From the NCBI GenBank assembly GCA_964474445.1, contig CAYYSJ010000002.1, positions 1 through 51,609 on the forward strand: 51,609 nucleotides of DNA, read 5' to 3'. The position numbers and the translations under genes were made by a program. The notes beneath the pieces are model-generated. The model had not been told where the DNA came from. It saw only the letters and a list, made by a program, of their open reading frames with translations, and did no database searches. Below, one piece after another: positions 39,590-48,630 of the stretch. This DNA is from an uncultured Gammaproteobacteria bacterium. Its GTDB lineage: Bacteria > Patescibacteriota > Microgenomatia > Levybacterales > UBA12049. The first letter of the stretch is position 1. Every line of letters starts with the position of its first letter.

Positions 39590-40258
39590 ATGATGGTAAA
39601 TAAAGTATTAGTTGTTGAAGACGATCAGGGTATTCAAGAATTTTTGAGAGAACTTCTTTTAGATAACGGGTTTGCTGCAGAGGTTGCATCTGATGGTGTT
39701 CAGGCATTATCTCTTATTAAAAAATCTCAGCCTGACTTAGTATTATTAGATTTGGGTCTTCCCAATTTAGCGGGAGAAGCTGTATGTCTTGAGATAAGAA
39801 AAAAATATCCTGATCTCCCCATCATTATTCTTACAGCAAAAGATGATGTTTCTGATGTTGTGCGAGGACTTAATTTAGGTGCAGATGATTATATTACCAA
39901 ACCATTCGTAGCAGATGAACTCATTGCACGAATTAAAGCACGTCTCAGGCATAGTGATGAAGTAAAATTAACTATTGCTGATTTAGAACTTAACAACAAG
40001 ACATTTGAAGTAAAAAGATCAGGTAATCCTATTCAACTCTCGCCTCACGAGTTTAAATTACTGCAATATTTGATAAGTAATAAAGGGCGAGTCTTGACAC
40101 GAGAAATGATACTCAATAGAGTTTGGTTGTACTCCTACGAAGTTGATACGCGAGTTGTTGATGTATATATCGGCTATCTTCGTAAGAAAATTGATGCTGA
40201 TTACAAGAAAAAGCTTATTCATTCTGTGAGAGGCTTTGGCTATATGATTAAAGAATAG
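39590..40258 (+). CDS. Orphan OmpR/PhoB-family response regulator
   Basis: VLVVEDD, LLDLGLP, ILTAK, GADDYITKPF, HSVRGFGY. Confidence 0.95.
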   Translation: MMVNKVLVVEDDQGIQEFLRELLLDNGFAAEVASDGVQALSLIKKSQPDLVLLDLGLPNLAGEAVCLEIRKKYPDLPIIILTAKDDVSDVVRGLNLGADDYITKPFVADELIARIKARLRHSDEVKLTIADLELNNKTFEVKRSGNPIQLSPHEFKLLQYLISNKGRVLTREMILNRVWLYSYEVDTRVVDVYIGYLRKKIDADYKKKLIHSVRGFGYMIKE

Positions 40259-40325
40259 CTTTATTCTTATATTCCTCTTACCCTTCCTTTAGAAAAAAAT
40301 TAAATTCTCTTTGTAGATTACCTTT

Positions 40326-40517
40326 ATGTATTCTGCCCAACAATGTGTCGAGCAACGTGATATAAAACTTTTAGACACACTTTCAGGTTTACTTGTTGTC
40401 ATATTTACTATCTTTCTATTTCTGTTTTACTCATTTTCTTTTATGCAAGCGGTTGAAGAGACGATACTTTTCCCTTCACAAATTAACTTCTTAAGCATAC
40501 GATCCTTTTCATATTGA
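40326..40517 (+). CDS. Putative small single-TM protein
   Basis: 63 aa with TM LSGLLVVIFTIFLFLFYSFSFM; TAGATT 6 nt before the ATG; TCTTA repeats at 40265 and 40276. Confidence 0.5.
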   Translation: MYSAQQCVEQRDIKLLDTLSGLLVVIFTIFLFLFYSFSFMQAVEETILFPSQINFLSIRSFSY

Positions 40518-40607
40518 TTGGATGTCATAGACAAAAACTATCCTCATCACAGTTGCAGATTAATGGCATTTGTTTTATAATACTCTTTTCTTATAATAAA
40601 AGATGGG

Positions 40608-42371
40608 ATGGCTCCTATGGCAACAAAACCCGTACATAAAGAACACATTAAATTAAATCAGTGGTTTGCAACAGCAATTTGTGGAAATGATATCTTAAGT
40701 TCTACATTCTATGTATCAGGTATTGCTATTGCATTTGCAGGAGTTTTTGCTCCTCTTATCCTTCTCTCCATTGCAATCGTTTTATACTTTTATAAAGCAG
40801 TTTATACAGAAGTTGTTGAAGCTCTTCCAACGAATGGGGGTGCATATAACTGCTTACTTAATGCAACTTCAAAAACTCTTGCTGCAGTTGCAGGAACAAT
40901 GACACTTCTATCCTATGTTGCTACCGCGGTAATCTCAGGAAAAACAGCAATTGAATATATCCATTCAGCAATTAGTGTTCCTGTTATTCCCGTGACTATT
41001 GCGCTCATGCTAGGATTTGCCGTTCTTGTTATTTCTGGTATTAAAGACTCGGCAAAAGTTGCATTTTCTATTTTTGCTTTTCATATAGTAGTGTTAACCG
41101 TTTTTGTCATTTATGCAGCTTTCTATGCGCTTCACGGAGGGCATTGGTATTTTTTTGAAAATATTACACATACAAAGGCGTTGATTGCCTCAGTAGGAGG
41201 TATTATTCCTGCATTTTTCTTTGGTTTTTCGACGTCTCTTCTTGGAGTCTCAGGGTATGAGAGTTCAGCGAATTTTGTTGAAGAACAAGCACCAGGTGTA
41301 TTTCGAAAAACACTTCGCAATATGTTAATTGGTGTTGCTATTTTTAATCCGCTTACCGCACTTGCTGCACTCAATGTCTTGCCATTTGATCAAATTCTTA
41401 AGTCTCAAGATTTCCTTCTCTCAGATGTTGCTAAAGTTATGGGAGGATCCATCTTCCAATACATTCTTGTTGCTGACGCATTCTTAGTACTAGCTGGGGC
41501 AGTTCTCACTGCATTTGTGGGTGTGAGTGGCCTTATTTATCGTATGACGACCGATGGATGTTTCCCTAATTTCTTGGCGAAAGAAAATAGTAAAGGATCC
41601 TATCCAGCTATTATTATTGCTTTTTTCCTGTTATGTACATCAATTCTTCTTATTACTAATGGGAATCTATTATCTCTTGCAGGTGTATATACCATTGCAT
41701 TTCTATCTGTAATGAGTTTATTTGCGTTGGGTAATATGATTATGCGAGAAACTCGAACTGAACTCAAACGAACCTATAGAGCTCCAATTATTTTTGTCTT
41801 GCTAGCATTCTTTGCGACAGTAACTGGAGTTATTGGAAATATTAAAATAAATCCATTAAATCTTGATTATTTTGGTGCTTATTTTGTTCCTGCAATTCTT
41901 TTTGTCTTCATTTCTTTGCGATTTGACTGGGTACTCAAGCTTGTCTTACGTTTTACAAAATACCTTCGAAAAATCGATGACTTTGTATACAAGAATTTTA
42001 ATGATCTTACACAAGGAAGTTTTGTTGTTTTTATCCATCATGTTGATAGATTGTTTGAAATATTGGAGTATATCAATAAAAATGAAACTGGGAGAAATGT
42101 CATCCTTGTTCATTGCAACAATGGGAACCAACAACAATATAAAAATAGTTTGGAAGAGTTAAAAGAGGTACTTCCAAACTTGCAAAAAGCAGGAGCATTT
42201 CCTCATTTTAATATCAATGTTGTTTATAAAAATAAGCCATTTGGACCAGACCTTATTGATGAGGTATCTAAAGAATTTAAAATAAGAAAGAATAGAATTC
42301 TTATCGGATCAATCCACGAGGAACATCCTTTTGAATATTCAGATTTAGGTGGTGTACGCATCATTTTCTAA
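40608..42371 (+). CDS. APC-superfamily permease with a C-terminal cytoplasmic domain
   Basis: About 12 TM; GNDILSSTFY, NGGAY, GYESSANF; soluble alpha/beta tail. Confidence 0.88.
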   Translation: MAPMATKPVHKEHIKLNQWFATAICGNDILSSTFYVSGIAIAFAGVFAPLILLSIAIVLYFYKAVYTEVVEALPTNGGAYNCLLNATSKTLAAVAGTMTLLSYVATAVISGKTAIEYIHSAISVPVIPVTIALMLGFAVLVISGIKDSAKVAFSIFAFHIVVLTVFVIYAAFYALHGGHWYFFENITHTKALIASVGGIIPAFFFGFSTSLLGVSGYESSANFVEEQAPGVFRKTLRNMLIGVAIFNPLTALAALNVLPFDQILKSQDFLLSDVAKVMGGSIFQYILVADAFLVLAGAVLTAFVGVSGLIYRMTTDGCFPNFLAKENSKGSYPAIIIAFFLLCTSILLITNGNLLSLAGVYTIAFLSVMSLFALGNMIMRETRTELKRTYRAPIIFVLLAFFATVTGVIGNIKINPLNLDYFGAYFVPAILFVFISLRFDWVLKLVLRFTKYLRKIDDFVYKNFNDLTQGSFVVFIHHVDRLFEILEYINKNETGRNVILVHCNNGNQQQYKNSLEELKEVLPNLQKAGAFPHFNINVVYKNKPFGPDLIDEVSKEFKIRKNRILIGSIHEEHPFEYSDLGGVRIIF

Positions 42372-42630
42372 TCCTTTTTCCATCTCTTCAATTGACTAGA
42401 TTCTCTCTAAAACATATTTTTTCTCAAAGCTTATACAATAAGCTGAAAAATTTAGGAAAGACAACGGAATTGTGTATATATCCAGGTGACAATCATAATA
42501 TTGCAAGTAACTTTTCTTTGGTGATGGATTGCTCAATCACATTTTTTGATAAATACCTTAAATAGTTTTTGTAGTTACCTTTTGGAGAAGCTTATTTTAA
42601 ACAACGAATACTTATGATAACCTTAAAGCT

Positions 42631-43182
42631 GTGGCTTTTATTCTGACTGAACTTATTATACTTCTTACTATCGTTGGATTATCTCTTGTTCTTTCTGCAG
42701 TTTGGCCTCCGGATAGTCCATGGGCGCCGTGGTGGCAAATGCCTGAAGATGTTATTTACAAGATGTGTCGACTAGCCAGGATTTCTCCAAATGACACTAT
42801 TTATGACTTGGGATGTGGGACTGGAAAAGCACTCTGTATTGCAGCAAAGGAATATGGTGCAAAGGGAGTTGGGATAGAAATAGATCCAGTACGTTTTTGG
42901 TTGGCACAATGGAACGTCGGAAGGTTTCATGTTACAGGCAAAGTAAGCCTGTATAAAAAGAATTTTTTTGACGTAAAGCTTAATGAAGCAAGTGTAATTT
43001 TTGTTTACTTAGTACCAAAAGCCTTAAGTAATATTTCTCAAAAGTTTTTTAGTGAACTCCAACCTGGAACACGTTTGATTACTTATATTTACGATTTTCC
43101 TGAGAAAGAATATCAGGGTCGTCTAAAATTGTTACATCATGATACAAAGAGCAAAATTTTTATTTACAAATTACTTTCGTAG
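42631..43182 (+). CDS. Membrane-anchored class I SAM-dependent methyltransferase
   Basis: N-terminal TM, IYDLGCGTG, GIEIDP, VIFVYL, LQPGTRLIT. Confidence 0.9.
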   Translation: MAFILTELIILLTIVGLSLVLSAVWPPDSPWAPWWQMPEDVIYKMCRLARISPNDTIYDLGCGTGKALCIAAKEYGAKGVGIEIDPVRFWLAQWNVGRFHVTGKVSLYKKNFFDVKLNEASVIFVYLVPKALSNISQKFFSELQPGTRLITYIYDFPEKEYQGRLKLLHHDTKSKIFIYKLLS

Positions 43183-44184
43183 TGTAAGAAGTGCCCACCG
43201 TAGTTTATCTGCAATTTTATATCCTTGATATACGACTGGATTAAGAACTAAATCGAAGCTTCCTACAAATGCTACTCGCTGTGGACCAAATCGTTCTTTA
43301 AATTGGGTAAATCCAAACCAAGGGTCAGAACTATCTGTTTCTGGTGCTGCAGCACCCCATAAGTCAAAAGATTTCAAGAGATGTTTCCTCCCGAAGCGAA
43401 TTGCCTCCCACATCATAAGGGTTGAATGCATTGTTTCTCGATGTGCTGATGAGGAAGCCCCATACGGGTAATAAAGGACATCTTTAAAAATGAAAACAAT
43501 CCATGCAGTCAGCACTTTGCCTTGATATTTGGCTAACAGTAAATGAGAAGAAAGTGTATTTGGGTGTGCAGTGTGTGGAAGAGTTTGCCACTGTGAGAGG
43601 TGATATTGTTTTGTATGTGCATAAAACTGTTGACGTAACGTTGTCTCTTCAGTGAGTTGCCAAAATAGATCAAAACCGTTTTGTGTATCCTCTTCCTCAA
43701 CTGTTATGTCGTGTTTTTGCGCAACTTTAATATTATAGCGGGCTTTTGGATGCATGATTTTGAGAAGTTCGTCTTCTGATTTTGTTAGATCAATCTGGAG
43801 TGTATATTTGGTAAATAAAGGATGGGCAGCGGGCACAAGTCCTAACTCTGAACTCTGAACAACAAAATTTGGATTTTCTTGAATGTTTGGTTCAAGTTGT
43901 ATAAAAATACAATAATATGCTTTGCCAATTTTTTTTAGTTCTTCAACTATTTCCCTTGTTGGCATTGTCCCTTTAGGTAGGTAGCCAATTGTCCATGGAG
44001 TATGGGGAATTTTATGGATTGTTACCTGAAATGCTTGCGTCAGTTTACCATTTTCTTCAAAGGCTCGACGAACTACTCGTATACCAGTATTCTCTCGAAA
44101 TTCTCCCCATTCAAATGATTGAAGGGGATGAGTAGCCAGTGCATTGAACTCTTTTCTATCTTTCTCAGTAATCTCTCTCCACAT
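43171..44184 (-). CDS. FemAB/FemX-family peptidoglycan interpeptide-bridge transferase
   Basis: HPLQSFEWGEF, IDLTKSEDEL, KARYNIKVAQK, YPYGASS, FDLWG, GFTQFKERFG. Confidence 0.92.
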   Translation of the reverse strand: MWREITEKDRKEFNALATHPLQSFEWGEFRENTGIRVVRRAFEENGKLTQAFQVTIHKIPHTPWTIGYLPKGTMPTREIVEELKKIGKAYYCIFIQLEPNIQENPNFVVQSSELGLVPAAHPLFTKYTLQIDLTKSEDELLKIMHPKARYNIKVAQKHDITVEEEDTQNGFDLFWQLTEETTLRQQFYAHTKQYHLSQWQTLPHTAHPNTLSSHLLLAKYQGKVLTAWIVFIFKDVLYYPYGASSSAHRETMHSTLMMWEAIRFGRKHLLKSFDLWGAAAPETDSSDPWFGFTQFKERFGPQRVAFVGSFDLVLNPVVYQGYKIADKLRWALLTLRK

Positions 44185-44241
44185 AGGTACATCTAAAGAT
44201 TCGAATGTATCATACGAGACATTTGGGTCTTTGAACCACCG

Positions 44242-46092
44242 CTATAAATAGTCTGGATAATCACTATCCTGAAATCCTGAGGGTTTGAGCTGGTCTTTTA
44301 CCACGTCCTCAGGTAATTCTAGTATAAACCTTGAGATGGTATTTGTGCTACGTTGTCCAAAAAAGAGACGTTTTCGGGTATAGGTGAGAAAAAGTCTTTC
44401 TTTGGCACGTGTCATACCAACATATGCAAGGCGTCTTTCTTCCTCAAGCTCATGCTTATCCATTAGAGATCTGCTATGTGGAAAAATACCTTCTTCCATA
44501 CCAATCATGAAAACAACAGGGAATTCCAGTCCTTTTGCTGCATGAAGTGTCATAAGCGTTACTGCATTTTGTTTCTCTGGATTTTTTCCTTCAGGCATTC
44601 CTGCTCCACCACTTGGTGAATATTCCTGTTCTACAAGAGCAACATTTTCCAAAAAGTTAACAACATGTGGAAACGAAAGTGCAACAGACCGGAGTTCTTT
44701 AATATTTTCCAGTCGTTGTCTATCTTCTTCATCCTCTTCATCATATAAATCAAGATAACCTGTTGCTTGCATAATACTATCTAGCAAATCTATGGTTGGG
44801 AGTGGGTCTTTGCCTTCTCTATCTTCTAAGAATACCTGAAATTTAAGAAGACGAGTTTTGCCTAACTTTTCAACTCTTTTCCATGAAACACTATCTTTTT
44901 GGTTTACAACAATCCGCAAATAAGAAAGAACATTTTTAATTTCTTTTCTCTCATAGAATCGTGTCCCTCCCACAAGATTGTATGGGATTCCATGATGGAG
45001 AAGAATTTCTTCAACCACACGTGATTGGGCATTCGTACGATAGAGAATGGCGATATCAGAGAAATTGCCTTTTCCGTAGTTTTGAATAAAACGTGTAAGA
45101 AAAAGAACTTCATCTTGCTCATTTCGTGCTTCAAAGATAATAATTTCTTCTCCTCTGCCATTTTCCGTCCACAATCTTAGAACTGGGTGTGTCGTGTTGT
45201 GCGATATAACGTGAGATGCGGCGTCAAGAATTTTTTGCGTCGAGCGGTAGTTTTGAGACAACTCAAAGGTTTTTACGTTGGGAAAGTCAACTTTAAATTT
45301 GGAAAGGTTTTGAAAATCAGCACCTCGCCAGGAATAAATAGATTGGGAAAAATCTCCAACGACACAAACATTATTATATTTTCGTCCAAGTTGACGAGTC
45401 AATTTGTATTGGACTTTATTTGTATCCTGATATTCATCTATTAAAATGTATTGAAATTTTTCTTGATAGTTTTCAAGAATATCTGGATATTGGTCAAAAA
45501 GAGCAACTGTTTGAAGCAATAAGTCATCAAAATCAAATGCGTTATTTGCTTTAAGAAGTTTTTGATATGCAGAATATACGATGGCAACAACTTGCTGAAA
45601 TGTGCCTTTTGCAAATTGACTATATTCAGATGGAGTAAGCATTTCATTTTTTGCTTGTGATATCATGGCATGAATTGCCGCTGGCTTATACTCTTTTGCG
45701 GATATATTCAGAAGCTCCATCGTTTGCTTGAGAGCATCTTGCTGGTCTTGGGTATCATAAATAACAAAATCAGGGGTCATTCCAAGATATGCTGCTTCTT
45801 TTCTCAAGATTTTTGCACATAAAGAATGAAAAGTGGCGACAGTAGGTAGCTGTGAAGAAGGAAGAAGCTGTTGAATTCTTTCTTTCATTTCATTGGCTGC
45901 TTTATTGGTAAAGGTGACCATAAGGATATTATCTGCGGGAATACCCATCTCAGAAATAAGATAAAGTACTTTATATGTGAGAACACGTGTCTTCCCAGAT
46001 CCTGCACCTGCTAAAATAATCATGGGACCTTTGTTATACAAAACCGCTTCTTGTTGGTCTTTGTTTAATTGCTTGAGAAGGTTAGTGTCCAT
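44242..46092 (-). CDS. pcrA: UvrD/PcrA superfamily-1A DNA helicase
   Basis: LAGAGSGKT, TFTNKAA, IDEYQD, VGDFSQSIYSWRGA, QNYRS, TLHAAKGLEF, YVGMTRA. Confidence 0.95.
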   Translation of the reverse strand: MDTNLLKQLNKDQQEAVLYNKGPMIILAGAGSGKTRVLTYKVLYLISEMGIPADNILMVTFTNKAANEMKERIQQLLPSSQLPTVATFHSLCAKILRKEAAYLGMTPDFVIYDTQDQQDALKQTMELLNISAKEYKPAAIHAMISQAKNEMLTPSEYSQFAKGTFQQVVAIVYSAYQKLLKANNAFDFDDLLLQTVALFDQYPDILENYQEKFQYILIDEYQDTNKVQYKLTRQLGRKYNNVCVVGDFSQSIYSWRGADFQNLSKFKVDFPNVKTFELSQNYRSTQKILDAASHVISHNTTHPVLRLWTENGRGEEIIIFEARNEQDEVLFLTRFIQNYGKGNFSDIAILYRTNAQSRVVEEILLHHGIPYNLVGGTRFYERKEIKNVLSYLRIVVNQKDSVSWKRVEKLGKTRLLKFQVFLEDREGKDPLPTIDLLDSIMQATGYLDLYDEEDEEDRQRLENIKELRSVALSFPHVVNFLENVALVEQEYSPSGGAGMPEGKNPEKQNAVTLMTLHAAKGLEFPVVFMIGMEEGIFPHSRSLMDKHELEEERRLAYVGMTRAKERLFLTYTRKRLFFGQRSTNTISRFILELPEDVVKDQLKPSGFQDSDYPDYL

Positions 46093-46127
46093 AGGCTATA
46101 ATAGAAAGGCTTCTACCATTCTATCAC

Positions 46128-46793
46128 ATGAAACATACATACATTATTGGAAATTGGAAGTCCAGAAAGACTGTATCTGAAGCAAAGGAGTGGTTTGAAA
46201 AGATTGCTCAAATGCAACAGATGTTTGGGTCTTTGGAGAATAAAACTGTTATTCTGTGTCCTCCATTTCACCTGTTAGAGCTTTGTTCATCTTTGGTTCA
46301 GCAATATACATTACCATTATCTCTTGGAGCTCAAGATGTTTCTCCTTTTGGAATAGGGGCTTTTACCGGCGAGGTAGCTGCAGAGCAGTTAAAAGAATTT
46401 GTGCAGTATGTATTGATTGGACACTCGGAAAGAAGACAACACTTTCAAGAGACAGACGCAATGATTGCACAAAAGGCGCAACAAGTGTTATCAGCAGGAA
46501 TTACCCCAGTTGTCTGTGTTCAAGGAAAGGAAACACTTGTACCAGAAGGAGTACAGATGATTGCATATGAGCCTGTTTTTGCCATTGGTACTGGTAATGC
46601 TGATACGCCAGATGATGCTGAAAGTGTTCTTTCGTTCTTTAAGGGAAAAGGTATAACAACAACAATTTATGGAGGAAGTGTTAATCCTGAAAATGTGGCT
46701 TCGTTCACTCATCAACTTTCTATTGATGGAGTTCTCCCTGGGACAGATAGTCTCGATCCCACGTTATTTACCAACATTATTGCTAATAGCTAA
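46128..46793 (+). CDS. tpiA: Triosephosphate isomerase (short form)
   Basis: GNWK, GAFTGEV, GHSERR, AYEPVFAIGTG, YGGSV. Confidence 0.93.
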   Translation: MKHTYIIGNWKSRKTVSEAKEWFEKIAQMQQMFGSLENKTVILCPPFHLLELCSSLVQQYTLPLSLGAQDVSPFGIGAFTGEVAAEQLKEFVQYVLIGHSERRQHFQETDAMIAQKAQQVLSAGITPVVCVQGKETLVPEGVQMIAYEPVFAIGTGNADTPDDAESVLSFFKGKGITTTIYGGSVNPENVASFTHQLSIDGVLPGTDSLDPTLFTNIIANS

Positions 46794-46801
46794 TTACCAT
46801 T

Positions 46802-47923
46802 ATGCATAAAGGAATTATTATCACCGTCCTCATTGTTGTGGCTTTCGTGGGATGGATTTCCTGGCCTCTGTTCTCACAAGTTGCTCCAACTGCAACAAGA
46901 GTCTTGTTGCAGTCGACATCGTCGTTAAAAGAAACCAACGGTCTGACAAACGTATTGTTGCTTGGAATAGGTGGGGGAAATCATGATGGGCCCAATCTAA
47001 CAGATACCATGATGCTTGCAAATATTAATGCAAAAGCAAATAAAGTGACATTGGTATCAATTCCTCGTGACTTATGGGTAAGCAGACTTTCTGAAAAAAT
47101 TAACGCAGTCTATGCAGATGGACAAGATGACACTCCCCCCGATGGTTTATCACTAGCAAAGTCTGAAGTTGCAAAAATAATAGGACAACCTGTCCATTAT
47201 GGATTTCGTATTGATTTTCAAGGATTTGTTAAGGCGATAGATGAAGTTGGTGGTGTTGAGGTGACGGTAGATAGAACTCTTGACGATTATCTTTATCCGA
47301 TTGAAGGAAAAGAAAATGAGACCTGTGGCCATACGGATGCTGAAATTAAAGACTATACAAAAAATGCCAGTGATTCATCCGCTCTTGCATTTTTCCCGTG
47401 TCGATATAAGCATCTCCATTTTGATCCCGGCAAACAACATATGGATGGAAAGACTGCTTTAGAATTTGTTCGATCTCGACATAGTGTCGGCGCTGAAGGA
47501 AGTGACTTTGCTCGTGCTGCAAGACAACAGAAAGTTATAGAAGCATTTCGAGTAAAAATCTTTTCATTAGAAACGATTTTTAACCCCAATAGACTTGCTA
47601 ATTTATATAATATTCTCCGAAATAGTATTGATACTGATATTAAACAAGAAGAAATTGGGCTTTTTCTTAAACTTGCCCCACAGTTAAAAAATGCACAAAT
47701 AGAAAATGCCGTTTTAGATTATGGAGACAGCCTTACAGGTCGTCCAGGTCTTCTTATGAATGCTCCTTATTCTGCACAATATAGTTATTCTGCAGCTCTT
47801 CTTCCTCGAATAGGAGATGGAAATTTTTCAGAGATTCAAGCCTTTATTGCATGTGAGATAAACAAAGGAGGATGTAAGGTGACTGATACTTCCGTGACTC
47901 CTACGATAACGGTTAATAAATAA
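46802..47923 (+). CDS. LytR-CpsA-Psr (LCP) family cell-wall polymer ligase
   Basis: NVLLLG, LTDTMML, SIPRDL, KINAVY, ALEFVRSRH, SDFARAARQQ. Confidence 0.95.
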   Translation: MHKGIIITVLIVVAFVGWISWPLFSQVAPTATRVLLQSTSSLKETNGLTNVLLLGIGGGNHDGPNLTDTMMLANINAKANKVTLVSIPRDLWVSRLSEKINAVYADGQDDTPPDGLSLAKSEVAKIIGQPVHYGFRIDFQGFVKAIDEVGGVEVTVDRTLDDYLYPIEGKENETCGHTDAEIKDYTKNASDSSALAFFPCRYKHLHFDPGKQHMDGKTALEFVRSRHSVGAEGSDFARAARQQKVIEAFRVKIFSLETIFNPNRLANLYNILRNSIDTDIKQEEIGLFLKLAPQLKNAQIENAVLDYGDSLTGRPGLLMNAPYSAQYSYSAALLPRIGDGNFSEIQAFIACEINKGGCKVTDTSVTPTITVNK

Positions 47924-47951
47924 CTAATCTTCCTGTTATACTTATTGTGAT

Positions 47952-48593
47952 ATGAAGAACTTCGCAACGTTTTATCTTGTAAGACATGGACAAACAGATA
48001 TGAATGTGGCAGGACGTTTACAAGGTCAGACCAATTCTCTGCTTACAGAAAAAGGAAAAGAACAAGCTAAACAGTTGGCTCTAGAATTTAAAAATATACC
48101 ATTTGATGCAGTCTTTTCATCAGACTTAACTCGTGCAAAAGATACAGCAGATATTATTGCTGCAGAGCACAATCTTTTCACTCGAACAACAAAGCTCTTA
48201 AGAGAGCGCTCCTGGGGAAAACTTGAAGGTATGACAAGAGATATATTAAACCAGTTTGACGAAGTATATGCAGCATTAAGTGATGAGGAAAAATTTCGAT
48301 ATAAAAGTTATGAAGATATTGAGAATGATGAAGAATTAACAAATCGTTTCATTACCTTTATTAGAGAAATAGCTATTAACTACTCTGGGAAACATATCCT
48401 TCTTGTTTCACATGGTAGTGCGATTGTGTCATTTCTAGTGAGGATTGGCTTTTGGAATTATAGTCAAGTCTTGCCTTCGATTCCCAATGCCTCCTACATA
48501 AAGTTTCAGTCAGATGGGATTGAATTTTTTGTTGAGGAGACAAGAGGATTTGAGGAAGCTACTCCAAGGGGGCTCAGAGCTTCAGATAGATAA
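47952..48593 (+). CDS. Histidine phosphatase / phosphoglycerate-mutase family protein
   Basis: LVRHGQT, SSDLTRA, LRERSWG, LVSHG. Confidence 0.93.
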   Translation: MKNFATFYLVRHGQTDMNVAGRLQGQTNSLLTEKGKEQAKQLALEFKNIPFDAVFSSDLTRAKDTADIIAAEHNLFTRTTKLLRERSWGKLEGMTRDILNQFDEVYAALSDEEKFRYKSYEDIENDEELTNRFITFIREIAINYSGKHILLVSHGSAIVSFLVRIGFWNYSQVLPSIPNASYIKFQSDGIEFFVEETRGFEEATPRGLRASDR

Positions 48594-48630
48594 GAAGTAT
48601 TTTGATTAGTGTGGAATGGGTGTAGTGATA

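Noticed and set aside
42631-43182. Methyltransferase as a FAM173/ATPSCKMT-like modifier of the c-like subunit
   Set aside because: The architecture is similar, but the gene is ~30 kb away and the c-like loop has Ser, not Lys, at the position methylated in mitochondrial subunit c.
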